NCBI GenBank assembly: GCA_023920165.1
Contig: CP089275.1
Coordinates: 1,922,001 to 1,986,000, forward strand
Direction: 5' to 3'
Length of the DNA: 64,000 nt
From: Curvularia clavata
Taxonomy: Eukaryota
Of this stretch, positions 11,401-22,004 are shown in pieces. Below the pieces are notes generated by a model that was not told where the DNA came from, searched no databases, and worked only from the letters and a program-made list of their open reading frames with translations. The number at the start of each line of letters is the position of its first letter. Positions within the stretch are counted from its first letter, which is position 1. Made by a program: the position numbers and the translations under genes.

Positions 11401-14400
11401 AGCTTCAATGGTCGACCGCTTCGGACTCGTTGGCTGGATGACCGGAAGATACGAAGCTAGCTATCATGGATTCGAGGACAGCCAAGCTATCGATGTGGTA
11501 GAAGACTTCGTACATCTGCTTATTATCATTCTCAGCGAGCGTACTTCATTGATACCTACAGAAGTTAACGACGAGTCTCAATTGGCCGCAATGCGCAAGG
11601 ACATCGCGCATGTTTTGTGTTTCAAGCCACTCTCGTTTTCCGACATGACAGCACGACTATCGGACAGGATTCAAAACATGGACGAATTCCCTGAAGTTCT
11701 TTCAGAAATGACGAGGTTCCGGCCTCCAGAGGGTTTGTCCGACAGTGGAACTTTTGAGTTGAAGGAGCAATACATTGAACTGATTGACCCATACCTTCAC
11801 CAATACAACAGAAACCAAAGGGAAGAGGCAGAGAACATCTACAAGGCCTATATTGCCAAGCAAACCGGGAAGCAAGCGAGTGACATTGTTTACGAGCCAA
11901 AACTCCGTACGATTCCCTCTGGTCTGTTCCAAGATCTTCCAGCTTTCACAAGAACTCCTTTCTTCACCCAGATCATCTACTATCTGTTGGCATACGGCTT
12001 GAAGGCAGCCACAGTTACACCGAGCATACCAGCAACTCGTGTGGAGACCTATATTCAATTCGTTCTACAGCTCCTTCTTGTAGCAGTCCTCGAAGACAAG
12101 ACTACGGAGCACGGATGGTCTGAAAAAGCACCGGACTCTTTTGTCACGTCAGTATTGACTCAGAATGCTAGCATTGGTGTACATGGTCACCCTACTGTTC
12201 TTTCAATCTTGAAGTCTCTTCAAGAGAACGAAGCCTTCAAGGCTTGCGAGCCAAAGATCAGTTTGATACTTCATCGACTCAAGCAGCGCCAACAAGATTC
12301 ATTCATTATCGCTGCTGCTGCAATCAACATGCCAGCCGACCGAATGGACACGGCCTCGCCTGCGCCTCAAGACAAGGAGTACAAGGAGCTGAAGAAGAAG
12401 CAAGCTCTCGAGCGACAGGCAAAGGTCATGGCAGCATTCAAAGAGCAGCAAGGAAAGTTTATGGCCAACCAGGACTTCGACTGGGGTGAGGATGACTTCA
12501 GTGACCTTGAGGACGAAACCGGAGGACTTGTTGAACAAGAAAAGACCCTCAAATTCCCCTCTGGCACATGCATACTATGTCAAGAGGATTGCAACGAGCA
12601 GAGGCTGTACGGCTCCTTTGGATACATTTCGGAGAGCAGGATACTCCGACAGACACCTCTAGAAGATCCAGAGTGGGTAGACGAAGTTGTTCAAACGCCG
12701 AGTAGTCTTGACCGATCCGCTGAGAACCTGCGGCCGTTTGGCGTTGCGGGCAAAAACCGACGCATGATTGAGAAGGTGACTGCTACGGGTGAGCGGGTAA
12801 CAAGCGAAAGGCAGGAACTTGGGAAGGGTTTCCCTCCAGCATCTGTCTCACCCGGTCCGGTCACTACTGGCTGTGGCCACATTATGCACTTTTATTGCTT
12901 CGAAGTGTATCTTAATGCCACCCAGAGGCGCCATGTCAGCCAGATTGCCAGGAATCACCCCGAGAGGCCCGAATTGAAGGAGTTCATGTGTCCACTTTGC
13001 AAAGCTCTTGGCAATCTGTTCCTCCCAATCATCTGGAAAGCAAAGAAAGTCTCTAGCACTGGCGTGTTGGAGACTGAGGCGGCATTCGACGACTGGCTCG
13101 AGTCACAGCTAGTCACGACCTGCAAGAGTCTAGAAAAAGGCCTAAAAGCCCCTGCAGACATGTCACACGACCAGAAACTGCTTTTCGAATATGCAGAGAA
13201 GAACTTTATTCAACCTGTATCGAGTCGGCTGCCTGAACTCCTCAAGCCACCGTTGCCAATTGAGGTTGCTCGTGCACAACAACAGGCACAAATTGCTGCA
13301 GCACGATTCCAGGTTCCCGCATTCCTAGGAGTGCAGCCTCTAGAGGCGGCTGAACCAGGGTTGGGTCCGTCCCAAACCAGCCCAACTATGAATCGAGATG
13401 TCTCTATGGGGGAGTTACTCCGGATATATTGGAGGGTTAAAGACACCCTGAAGGTCAACGGTATCCAGTCTTCCTTCGCATACCCACACACACCAGCGAT
13501 CTCAGACGACTTTACACACGTGGATACCCTCGCACAAGCCCTTGGATATTCGATTGCCGCAGCAGAGATTGCTCAGCGAGGCGTGCAGTCTGAGGCGGTG
13601 CGCGGTACTCTGATTGACAGAATCTCCCCACAGGTGATCACACACCTACGGGTCTTTTCAGAGAGCGTTTCTTCATACATCGCAATCGGAGCCTTCCGAG
13701 GTCAGAGTCCAAGCAAGACGATGATCGAGTTCTCTGAAATGCAACATCGTCAATTCCGTCAATTGTTTGTCGGACACCCCGGTATATACGACCCAGACGT
13801 GTTGAGCTTCGACCTCAAGGGCATTGTTCCTTTACTTTGTCAAGATCCGTTCATCTTCCTTTCCCAGTGTGCTGTCGTTATGACTTCGACGACAAACCTC
13901 GATATCCATCATATTCTACGGCTGTGCTACCTTGCCGAAATCGTTCGTGTGGTATTTGTCTTCGCTCTTGGTAAGAAGCACCAGTCGACTGAAGACATGT
14001 CCCTGGACTCTGATCCCCTCTTTTCAAACCCCGAACAGTTCATCAACCCCGAAAAGGTCAACAACAACTTTGGATCACCAGACCAGATGCATAATCTGCT
14101 TTTCTTTGTTTGCGTTATCTATAATGTGATCGACGTAGGTGACTCGCCTTCCTCGCTCGACATTGACAATATGCCGGTCCCTCCACGATTCAAGGATCCA
14201 AACTTCCTCTACTTTATTCATACCATGGTGTCGACATATGCACTACCCTTTCTTCGCAAGGCCGCAATATTGATGCACGTTCGTTATGGTATTGACTTAC
14301 CACACGTTTCCATGGAGCGCGCCGATGAGCCGGAACTCGCGCGGTTGTCCACCATCCTTCGGCTACCATCACTCGACGAGATTTTCGCCTCCTTCAGCAA

Positions 14401-15049
14401 ACGCACAACTGCAGCAAACACCACGAGAACCATCGTTGGTGGTTGGCTGCGTCACTTGCTCTGGGCTCAAGCAGGCAACAATCCCCTCAGACCTACGATA
14501 ATGCTTTCACATCCCGCAATCTTTGAGCTTGTAGGCCTGCCCAAGAACTACGACACGCTCACCGACGAAGCGATACGGCGCCGCTGCCCAACAACAGGCA
14601 AAGAATTGACAGACCCAGCATTATGTCTCTTCTGTGGAGAAATCATGTGCAGCCAAGCCGTATGTTGCATGACGAATAAGAATCGTGGAGGCTGTAATCA
14701 GCATCTAGCAAAGTATGTAACTTTTTCCTTTCTGCCTTGGACAAAAAAAAGACCCTTTTTATTAACGATACTACCTTACAGATGCGGCGGCCAAATCGGG
14801 CTCTTCATTCACATTCGCAAATGCATGGTCCTGTTCCTGAATCTTGACCATGGCACATGGCATGTCGCCCCTTACCTCGACAAACACGGCGAAGTGGACC
14901 CAGCTTTGCGCCGTCACCACCAGCTCTTCCTGAACCAGAAGCGATACGATGCGCTGCTAAGGAAAGTGTGGCTCGAGGGCGGAGTGCAGAGCCTCATTGC
15001 AAGGAGATTGGAGGGCGACGTAAACAATGGAGGCTGGGAGAGTTTGTAG
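8498..15049 (+). CDS. UBR1: N-end rule E3 ubiquitin ligase (UBR box, ClpS-like N-domain, RING-H2, C-terminal Cys-rich domain)
   Basis: UBR box CGHIFKNGEATYRCKTC...CVLC..CF...HEGH...GCCDCGD; ClpS-like LVLWNDEKHT; RING CILCQE...GCGHIMHFYCF...EFMCPLCK; C-terminal PYLDKHGEVD. Probable 69-nt in-frame intron at 14713-14781. Confidence 0.96.
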   Translation: MYMSLHEQELCRQLRELPRRHNYRFELAADRELREILFRSLAGRDDFLPLFFPNGPQTDSEKPWSLRDAQGAVEGAEYTAAARGKPCGHIFKNGEATYRCKTCTADDTCVLCARCFDASDHEGHQVFVSVSPGNSGCCDCGDDEAWVRPVHCNIHSADPGHESKAAGKAREGTMLPDELVETIRITIARTIDYLIDVFSCSPEQLRLPKSEESIRQDERNSRLTSRWYGSEAQSEECDEYCLVLWNDEKHTVNDVRDQVARACKQKLAFGLAKAYEINDVGRSAIVYRTDIRDLLRMAKVIEEIKLTVTIRSARDTFREQMGGAIIEWISDIAGCSVGEDSQILRRTVCEELLKPWRVGSEASNQGIGKNGLDDHEMEDKEAEMDGFFSGLLPIQRRARIIRVQRQRTADATDDTTGSDDDDEDDEGEPAADAQDDMDIDEVGAQDEDGDVEMEAYESADETLDAAEAPMAGYPAPPPPPPPPQQTQRGQLEQSVTPAESDSEPMVGAPSLSHVEPMLPVPETPHTRTLTLRPARPAKYWLEKPENYGKKPGTPPHEDLWQRLRLDYLILYDLRMWKQLRIGIRDVFISTVVTIPEFKRLLGLRFAGVYTALAQLYLIADREPDHSIINLSLQMLTTPSITSEVVERGNFLTNLMAILYTFLTTRQVGYPSNVDPKATLAFEQGAVTNRRMYHFFLDMKYLLGSEFVQERIREEPRYLLQFLDLVKLHQGICPNVRQVGEHLEFESEAWISASLITREINKLCRHFAESFAWNRDEDPSNIQRAIRAAAKVAIVNSLGAERKRFDQTELKDETKFKPLDILEFHSEPNSPRQSYKIVDYVVATQPMSFHHALHYTVSWLIDRARSMDREDILRLLLFSHSELQMEAGPAVAPIPIHEPEDYLLAMFDFPLRVCSWLAQMRAGIWVRNGITLRHQMTQYRSVSQRDVSHQRDIFLLQSALVLCDPSVFLASMVDRFGLVGWMTGRYEASYHGFEDSQAIDVVEDFVHLLIIILSERTSLIPTEVNDESQLAAMRKDIAHVLCFKPLSFSDMTARLSDRIQNMDEFPEVLSEMTRFRPPEGLSDSGTFELKEQYIELIDPYLHQYNRNQREEAENIYKAYIAKQTGKQASDIVYEPKLRTIPSGLFQDLPAFTRTPFFTQIIYYLLAYGLKAATVTPSIPATRVETYIQFVLQLLLVAVLEDKTTEHGWSEKAPDSFVTSVLTQNASIGVHGHPTVLSILKSLQENEAFKACEPKISLILHRLKQRQQDSFIIAAAAINMPADRMDTASPAPQDKEYKELKKKQALERQAKVMAAFKEQQGKFMANQDFDWGEDDFSDLEDETGGLVEQEKTLKFPSGTCILCQEDCNEQRLYGSFGYISESRILRQTPLEDPEWVDEVVQTPSSLDRSAENLRPFGVAGKNRRMIEKVTATGERVTSERQELGKGFPPASVSPGPVTTGCGHIMHFYCFEVYLNATQRRHVSQIARNHPERPELKEFMCPLCKALGNLFLPIIWKAKKVSSTGVLETEAAFDDWLESQLVTTCKSLEKGLKAPADMSHDQKLLFEYAEKNFIQPVSSRLPELLKPPLPIEVARAQQQAQIAAARFQVPAFLGVQPLEAAEPGLGPSQTSPTMNRDVSMGELLRIYWRVKDTLKVNGIQSSFAYPHTPAISDDFTHVDTLAQALGYSIAAAEIAQRGVQSEAVRGTLIDRISPQVITHLRVFSESVSSYIAIGAFRGQSPSKTMIEFSEMQHRQFRQLFVGHPGIYDPDVLSFDLKGIVPLLCQDPFIFLSQCAVVMTSTTNLDIHHILRLCYLAEIVRVVFVFALGKKHQSTEDMSLDSDPLFSNPEQFINPEKVNNNFGSPDQMHNLLFFVCVIYNVIDVGDSPSSLDIDNMPVPPRFKDPNFLYFIHTMVSTYALPFLRKAAILMHVRYGIDLPHVSMERADEPELARLSTILRLPSLDEIFASFSKRTTAANTTRTIVGGWLRHLLWAQAGNNPLRPTIMLSHPAIFELVGLPKNYDTLTDEAIRRRCPTTGKELTDPALCLFCGEIMCSQAVCCMTNKNRGGCNQHLAKYVTFSFLPWTKKRPFLLTILPYRCGGQIGLFIHIRKCMVLFLNLDHGTWHVAPYLDKHGEVDPALRRHHQLFLNQKRYDALLRKVWLEGGVQSLIARRLEGDVNNGGWESL

Positions 15050-15236
15050 CCTAATGGAAACGGTGTGATGTGTTCCGTTGTACAGATATGACTTCGGCGT
15101 TCGGGGGACGGCCTATTACGTTATCGATATGTCTCTCATTATTTTTGTCATCTACAACTTTCGGTCACTGGTCAAGTTTGAAGGTGTTACATGGAAATGA
15201 GTCTTTGCCAGTATAGGTTTACATTATGGTACATAT

Positions 15237-16847
15237 TTACAACATGACCTTGGCGGGGGCGTTGGAACCGTGGTGATGCTCGTCGTCTTGTCTTTGCTCG
15301 TTGGATGCTTCAGCTGCCGTGTTGTTCTTTTCTTGGCCCTCAATCTCTGTGACTGCATGACCCTCAGCAAATGGAATTGCTTCACTAGTTTCGGGCTTGA
15401 ATAAACCAGTACCCTCAGCAAACGGGCTGTCATCCCGGCTACTATCATTCACCTCTGAGCTGTGTCCGTTTGCGCTGAGAGCATCCTGTTTCTCCCTGTT
15501 CTGAGAATCGACGCTGTTTCTGGGCACTGTAGGGACCCTCTTGACCCCTCGTGACTGTGGAACTGCTCTTGGAATCGTGCTACCGGGCCTATTCCCGTCA
15601 CCTCTCAGTCCCAATCTCTCCATCAAAACCTTCCTCCAACCATGGATCTTGCCAATATCATCAGCATGCATCTCCATGCTATAGACTAACTGTGCATCAC
15701 GCCCTAAAAGTCCACTCCTCGCCTGGTTGTGTTCCCTGATGATGGCGTTCAATAGCTCAAGGATATCAGGGTCAAACTCGATAGCGTTGTTATCCATTTC
15801 CGTCAATAGAGTATCTATGGTGGCGTAGGAGCATTTCTGGACCCATGCTGTACGTATCAAGTACTTGTAGAGCGTAGTTGTGGCACCGAGGACGTGGGAG
15901 GAGCGACCGAGACTCTTGATCATGGGGAGGATAGAAAGAGGAAGCGGCGAGGAGGGGAACTCTGAGCGGAGAGTGGCGACGGCAGTGATAAGATGATGTG
16001 GGTAGTTTTGAAACAAAACACGCTGCTCAGGAGAGGGTGGACCGGGTTTGGCGATAGACTTGGGCTGAATAGCATTCTTCGTTGTGACGGTATCCTTGGG
16101 TTCTGTGCCTGGGACTCTGCTTCCACTGGTATTGATGTTGTCAAGGTCGAGCTCACGCACTTTGGTGAGAACCTCACGATCGAGAATCTGCCACAAGTCG
16201 CGGTCGGTGGAGGCATTGCGAATAAGCTTGTCAACCCGCTCTCGTTCTACTCGACGCATCTCCCTAAGCTGTATTGTGTCCAAGCCTACGCCCTTCCTCC
16301 TGCTACCCCGTGCTTTGCCGGACTCTGCTCCTGTCGTGGTTTCCTTTGCAGGCTCAAGACTTACTTTCTGTCGTTGGGCAAATGTAGGCATTGCCCGTAA
16401 TCGCGATTCGCCTTTCATGGCTTCGTCGAAAATCTCGTCCAGAGATGGCTTCGAGTTCTCTTCATCGTCCTCGTAGTACTCATCCGCTATTTGATCCAGT
16501 TCCACAACATGATCCTTCTCCTTTTTTTGCCGTCCCTCCGTGTTGAACTTCTTGTATAGTTTCTCGAACGCGGCACGCTCAGAGCCTGTTATGGTCGTCT
16601 TTCGGGCAGGTCCTTGGTTGACGGGAGGAGGCAGATTTTCATCCACAAAGGGAATCTCATCTCCGTTGCTCAGGCGTGATCGTGAGGCAATACTGCGGCG
16701 AGTAATTGGTTGCGTGGCGGATCGACACTGCTGGATCGTGGTTGTTTGGTAGAGGAACGGGAGCAGCGTTTTCAGTGGCGGAACGCGTGAGCGTGAAACG
16801 GCTCGGACTGTGCCCGAGCACGCAGACATCGACCGTGAGAGGCTCAA
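15237..16847 (-). CDS. Mtf2-like mitochondrial protein
   Basis: Arg/Ser-rich presequence, LLPFLYQTTTI, TITGSERAAFEKLY, and C-terminal YPHHLITAVATLRSEFPSSPLPLSILPMIKSLGRSSHVLGATTTLY matching the fungal Mtf2-like C-terminal domain. Confidence 0.75.
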   Translation of the reverse strand: MSLSRSMSACSGTVRAVSRSRVPPLKTLLPFLYQTTTIQQCRSATQPITRRSIASRSRLSNGDEIPFVDENLPPPVNQGPARKTTITGSERAAFEKLYKKFNTEGRQKKEKDHVVELDQIADEYYEDDEENSKPSLDEIFDEAMKGESRLRAMPTFAQRQKVSLEPAKETTTGAESGKARGSRRKGVGLDTIQLREMRRVERERVDKLIRNASTDRDLWQILDREVLTKVRELDLDNINTSGSRVPGTEPKDTVTTKNAIQPKSIAKPGPPSPEQRVLFQNYPHHLITAVATLRSEFPSSPLPLSILPMIKSLGRSSHVLGATTTLYKYLIRTAWVQKCSYATIDTLLTEMDNNAIEFDPDILELLNAIIREHNQARSGLLGRDAQLVYSMEMHADDIGKIHGWRKVLMERLGLRGDGNRPGSTIPRAVPQSRGVKRVPTVPRNSVDSQNREKQDALSANGHSSEVNDSSRDDSPFAEGTGLFKPETSEAIPFAEGHAVTEIEGQEKNNTAAEASNEQRQDDEHHHGSNAPAKVML

Positions 16848-18594
16848 GACGATTACAATGCAGCAAGAATGTACAAAAAGTCAACGACAGGCGAGAAGTG
16901 TGAATTGCGGTGATGCGTCGGCACTACATACAATCCTAAAACTTTTGGAGATGGTTAGTGGTGGTCCAAGCTCAACATACCCTATTGGGTAGTTTTAGAA
17001 AGCCATTGATGATGGTCCCAATGCAGCTCAAAGAAAAAGAGATTGTGCGCTCAGCAAAAGAACGCGTAGATTGGTCAGCCTAACATACTGCTTTGGGCAA
17101 GAAATTGGCAAAGCCATCGAATGCAGTGATTACTGGAAACTTATGAAATAAATGGCGTGACGGTTGGCTGAAGGTGAACATGCCGCATGGGGCAGGAGGA
17201 GTATAAGTATCGAAGAATGTTAGTAATTACTAAATAGTAATGCCGACCTACATAGGTTTAGCGTGCGGTAAGCTAACTGACCCGTTCATGCCCTGGCGAC
17301 TCGACATCAGACCTTCTTACAGACTGGGCTTAGTTTCATGCATCCGATATGTTGGAAATCACCATTAGAGGCAATATGAATAGAAAGGGATTGTAGCAAA
17401 AGGTGTTTATAAATGGAAAGATAGTTCAGTACCTCATGGGCGGTGGGTCCTGTAAGCATCTTCGAGTGTTCTTACGACATCTCTGTACCCTTCAGACGAG
17501 GAACAGAAGGGGAAGAAGCGACATCAAGAGATCACCAGTATAAAACATTCACAAAAAAAACTCGTCAATCGTCGATGGCTAAAAAATAATCTTTTCAACT
17601 ATTTGTGTACAAATATGCAATGTCACGATAATTTGCCATCTAACGATGAAACTTTGTTTGCGTAACAGACATATTCCTATTCCAGAACTCTAGTAGAATA
17701 ACTAGGGACCTGCCTGCCTCGAATACAAAGGGCAGCCTAACGGATACTACGTATACATTAGAAAAGATAATAGTACTCTCCAAGCTTTGGTCTGGAAACA
17801 TCTGTCAGCGAAATGGTGTAAAGACGACTGGAAGTACCAGTTCGCAAGCAAAGAAGACTCTATGAGGCTGAATTGATGCATCGTACGTTTGAGGTGGGGC
17901 TAGTGATGATAGTATAATGATTAAAAATTATCAAGCGTGTTCATGTACTGCCCATGCTGAGCGTCCGGCAATAAGTACAACACGCACCATCCCATAACAA
18001 GGCTGCTGGTTCCATGACTTGAGCTGTAGCCTCCCACAACAAGAACACCTTTACTGGGAATAAAGGATAGAGGGTGATTTGGGTCGCATCATGCGAGATG
18101 CAGCTCATATCATACCAAGACCCTTGGCTCATCTATTTCGGGTGCGCTTATCGCATGCCGTAGTATACCCGGCTTAGGCCACATGCCGAGTGTTCCTTGG
18201 CCCGGAAGGAATATCGAAGTCTTGACCCGTTCTGCGTCCAGGAACGGGGAGCAGAAACCGGGGTCTGCGGGGGCGAGCTTCCGTGGTTTGGGGGCTGCTA
18301 GAACTTTTTCGATTTTAACTATAGCCGTTTGGGGACGAGTACTTGTACGTCCCGAGCCAGGTTGTCTGCGCAATAGCCTTGAAACACCACAGCCTTTTTT
18401 TGTTTTCGCTGTTCAATTGCTGATCGGTATAGCTGTTCGAGAACTTTTCGGTTTGGTGTCGAAGGTCGTGTCGATTTTGCGCAAATGAAGCCTATGAAAT
18501 CCAATCAAGGGACCACGGCAGTATTTCGAAAGTACATTAGTTCAGTTAGAATATTCATTCATAATAGTCCGAATGTGTTCAATCTTGTGCGTCG

Positions 18595-19348
18595 TCAAGT
18601 GTGTTGCGAGCGGGACGTTCTCGACTCATCGTCGGCCCTTATTATTTCTGTACCCTCAAGCTCGGCAGCGGGCTGCTCAACTTCCACTGCCGCATTTCTT
18701 TTGTACACCACTGTGCCTGGTCCCATCTCGTGTAATTGCTTTGATTGAACCTCGGAGGGCCCGGAGGCCATATGTTCGGCAACTTCTGGACTCTCTCGTG
18801 TCCGTCTTCGTTTTCTCAACACGAAAAACACGATTAGCCCAACGATGATGGCGAGTCCCGCGACTCCGCCTAGTGTAGCTCCAACAATCGCGCCAGCAGA
18901 CAAGCCTGAGGAAGATGAGTTGCCAGTGGAGCCGGATGAAGAAGACGGTTGGGTGTTGGCGCCTCCATCACAGAAGTCAATACTATAGTATACGAAGGTC
19001 GAGTTGTAACAATCGATGGGCTGAATCTCCTCTTGGTAGCCCGAGCATGGGTCTTCAGTGGTGTCCTTTGCATAGATGGTGACTAGAACGCGTCTGTATC
19101 AGTATGCGTGTTTTCTTATCCACAATTGAAGGCTCCTACTTGCCTGTGCATCCGGGATCTAGGCCCACGACCTGAAAGCTGCCGTATGGTCCATTACGTC
19201 GTAAATCCGTACAAGTGCCATTTGGATAGCCGTTTGGACCCTCAAGACCTCGCAGCGAGTCCTGGCAGTGCTCATCCGTGAAGAGCGCTATTTGACTAAC
19301 AGCAAACACGGGAGCAGCGTATAGGGCCGCAAGGATGAAGCGCTTCAT
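18595..19348 (-). CDS. Type I membrane protein with a small Cys-containing ectodomain, Ser-rich stalk, TM helix and short cytosolic tail
   Basis: Signal peptide MKRFILAALYAAPVFA. Exons 19348-19144 and 19082-18595 are joined by a GC-AG intron. TM AIVGATLGGVAGLAIIVGLIVFFVL is followed by the RKRRR stop-transfer. Confidence 0.8.
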
Positions 19349-20500
19349 TTTCGGGACGGTGAGCGAGGTGCTCACAAGAATGGAGCTCAAGCGAAATCAA
19401 GAGCGCGAAAGAAACCGGTCCGGGCCGCAGCCATTAAGACGCAAGAGTGGGCGTGTCAATTCAGGAAGCGCTAGTTTTTTGTACCACCCCAGGCTACCGC
19501 CCAGCATGTGCAAAGCCACATTCAGCGTAGGGGTGGAGGCCTCGCCTTATGTTTATCGCTTGGCGTTCAGGGTGTCGGCTGATTTCCACTAATTAAAGGC
19601 GGGCTCCTAAATTGCCTGAAACGACCCCCTTTAGCGTCCCACAATGCGGCTGTCAAGGGACTCATGCTTTTTGGGAAAAGTAACAGCGGATTGGCCGGGG
19701 AGTCATGGGACGCATGGATAATGCCCGACTCTGTGTGTAACGGCGAGCATTTCCTTGTCACGTACGTGGCTGGAGCTGTCAGATGCAAGCACTACTCTGG
19801 GCCAGTCTATCTGTCGCCTGTAGTAGCTTGAGAGACTCTTTGTTTGTGCTCCAGCTCTAATTGGGCCAAACTAGAGAAAATAAGTGGAGAAGACTGAAGC
19901 TGGAGCAGATGTCATGTTTGATTGGACAGCGCCAGTTGCACAATTGCATAGGTGTACACCTACTAGAGGTTCAGCTCGTCAGCACTGCTGCCACTACTAA
20001 AAGATTTATACAAAAACCTGCCTCGTACTGGCTCTCGCTCAGGATTACTTAAAGTAGCAGCCAAGGACTTCAGCTTGTAACTGTTGCTCTGGATCAAGCG
20101 CCGCAAACTGAAGCCATGTGCACCCACATCACTCTGTCAACGCTGCGCTGAGCTACTATCAGCCTGGCAAGACTGAACTGGGATTGAAATCACTACCACA
20201 AACAGCCCTCCAGCTTCACGATCAAACTCGATACTGCTTAACCCAGCACTAACAGCGCCACAACTGGCAACTGAACCGAAACCGAAACGAGGAGCCAAAC
20301 AGACCCATGGGCAGTACACCAACTACTCCAACTCGAGTGCATGATAACGTCAAGCGTTGATCGTCGCAGCTGGTGGATTACTCATGCTTTGTGGAAACTC
20401 AGCAGAGAGTGGGGGCATGCATTCGGCAACAGCCGCGGAGAGGCGCTAACATGTCTTTCTCCCTCGCCAGCTCGGACCAGCTCCTCGCTAACATCCTATC

Positions 20501-21469
20501 ATGTCGTCCGCAGCACAACCACGAATATTGCTTTTTGGAGCCGGCAGCGTCGGGACCGTCTACTTGTACCTCCTGAGCAAAGTGGCCTCCACGACAGCTG
20601 TCTGCCGCTCCAATTACGATGCTGTCAAGGAACGGGGTTTTCTCATCAACTCGTCTATTTTCGGAAACGACATACACTTCAAGCCTCATGTTGTCCGTGA
20701 CTGCGGGGAAGCAGCATCCCAGTTGGCAGAGCCATATGACTACGTCGTCGTTTGTAGCAAAGCCATTCCTGGCACGGTACCTGAGCTGATAGCTTCCGCT
20801 GTGACACCTGGGCACACAGCTATTGTTCTTATTCAGAATGGTGTGGGCATTGAAGATGAATATGTCCAGGCGTACCCAAACAATCCTATTGTGAGCGCAG
20901 TCGTCTATCTTCCCGCAACACAGCGACCAGCAGGCGTCATCAAGCATGGCGAAGTAGAACAGCTTCAGTTGGGAGCCTATCCAGCTTCCGCATCCAACAA
21001 CCATGCCAAGGCCTTTGCCGACCTTATAACCCTGGCAGGTGGTACCGCAGAGCTCTACGATGACATTCAAACCAAACGCTGGTTCAAGCTTCTTGTCAAC
21101 GCATCCTGGAACCCGATATGCGCCCTCACACTTAGCAAAGACACTGAGGTTCTGACTGCCTCGAAAGAAGCTACCGAAGTGATACTCGCTGTTATGCTCG
21201 AGATCCGGGATATTGCCGCTGCATATGGGCACGAAATTACACAAGAACAAGTCGATCTTCAGCTCGGACGAGCGCAAGCTAGGATCCCAAAGAATGCTGG
21301 TATTGAGCCCAGTATGCTGCAAGACGTGCAGGCTGGTCGAAGGATAGAAGTGGAAGCAATTGTAGGTAATCCGGTTAGGATGGGAAAAGAACGGGGTGTT
21401 GCGTGTGTGAGACTCGAGATGCTGTATGTGCTAGCAAAAGCACTGGACCTGCAGATTGAAAGAAGATGA
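20501..21469 (+). CDS. 2-dehydropantoate 2-reductase (ketopantoate reductase, PanE/ApbA family)
   Basis: Rossmann ILLFGAGSVG, YDYVVVCSKA, IVLIQNGVGIE, catalytic RWFKLLVNASWNPICAL, PSMLQDVQAGRRIEVEAIVGNPV. Confidence 0.93.
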   Translation: MSSAAQPRILLFGAGSVGTVYLYLLSKVASTTAVCRSNYDAVKERGFLINSSIFGNDIHFKPHVVRDCGEAASQLAEPYDYVVVCSKAIPGTVPELIASAVTPGHTAIVLIQNGVGIEDEYVQAYPNNPIVSAVVYLPATQRPAGVIKHGEVEQLQLGAYPASASNNHAKAFADLITLAGGTAELYDDIQTKRWFKLLVNASWNPICALTLSKDTEVLTASKEATEVILAVMLEIRDIAAAYGHEITQEQVDLQLGRAQARIPKNAGIEPSMLQDVQAGRRIEVEAIVGNPVRMGKERGVACVRLEMLYVLAKALDLQIERR

Positions 21470-21924
21470 GGGCGCAAACGTTGTTTGGTGCTTCAAGATT
21501 TAGGTCTAATTGGCAAACAATGCTAGGCCACATGACGAAAATTCGAAGACGCTTCAGAGCTTCAATACGCCCTAGCCGCTTTACTATATCATTAATATTT
21601 CCATTTCCTATTGTCCTATTCATATGTTCGGAACATTACTCTGACTAAGTTAGTTCGGCTTGTTACCCACTAATTTACTCACACACCTGGAGCATATCAC
21701 ACCAAGCCTTCCGTTTGTTTGCACTTGAGCACAATAACAACAACAATAATTATGGAATTTCATACAGCGACCGTCACTTTGGCAGTCATGTGTCTGCCGC
21801 TCTCACAGTCGCTATCCTCACTATATGCTTCTCAACCACGCACTGTCTCCATCCTTCTCTCAAGTACTCTCCAGTTATAGTAACTCGCGCACAAAGCACC
21901 ACATCAAGCTCTTTACAAAGCGTA

Positions 21925-21947
21925 CCCCCCCCCCCCCCCCCCCCCCC
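21925..21947. repeat. Poly-C homopolymer (C23)
   Basis: 23 consecutive C residues counted directly. Confidence 0.95.
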
Positions 21948-22004
21948 ACTTCTTCCATATATCGAACCCTCTTCCTACTACACACACCAACGCTAATCAA
22001 CGAG

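Noticed and set aside
17941..18504. Short minus-strand ORFs as a possible pseudogene
   Set aside because: No recognisable family motif; cannot be supported without a search.
19335..19348. 14-bp palindrome ATGAAGCGCTTCAT giving MKRFI ORF starts on both strands
   Set aside because: A palindrome of this length is expected by chance in 64 kb, and the plus-strand ORF has no coding features.
20399..21322. 307-aa antisense ORF over ketopantoate reductase (and similar antisense ORFs over the permease, UBR1 and MAD1)
   Set aside because: Shadow ORFs from codon bias on the coding strand, with no recognisable motifs.
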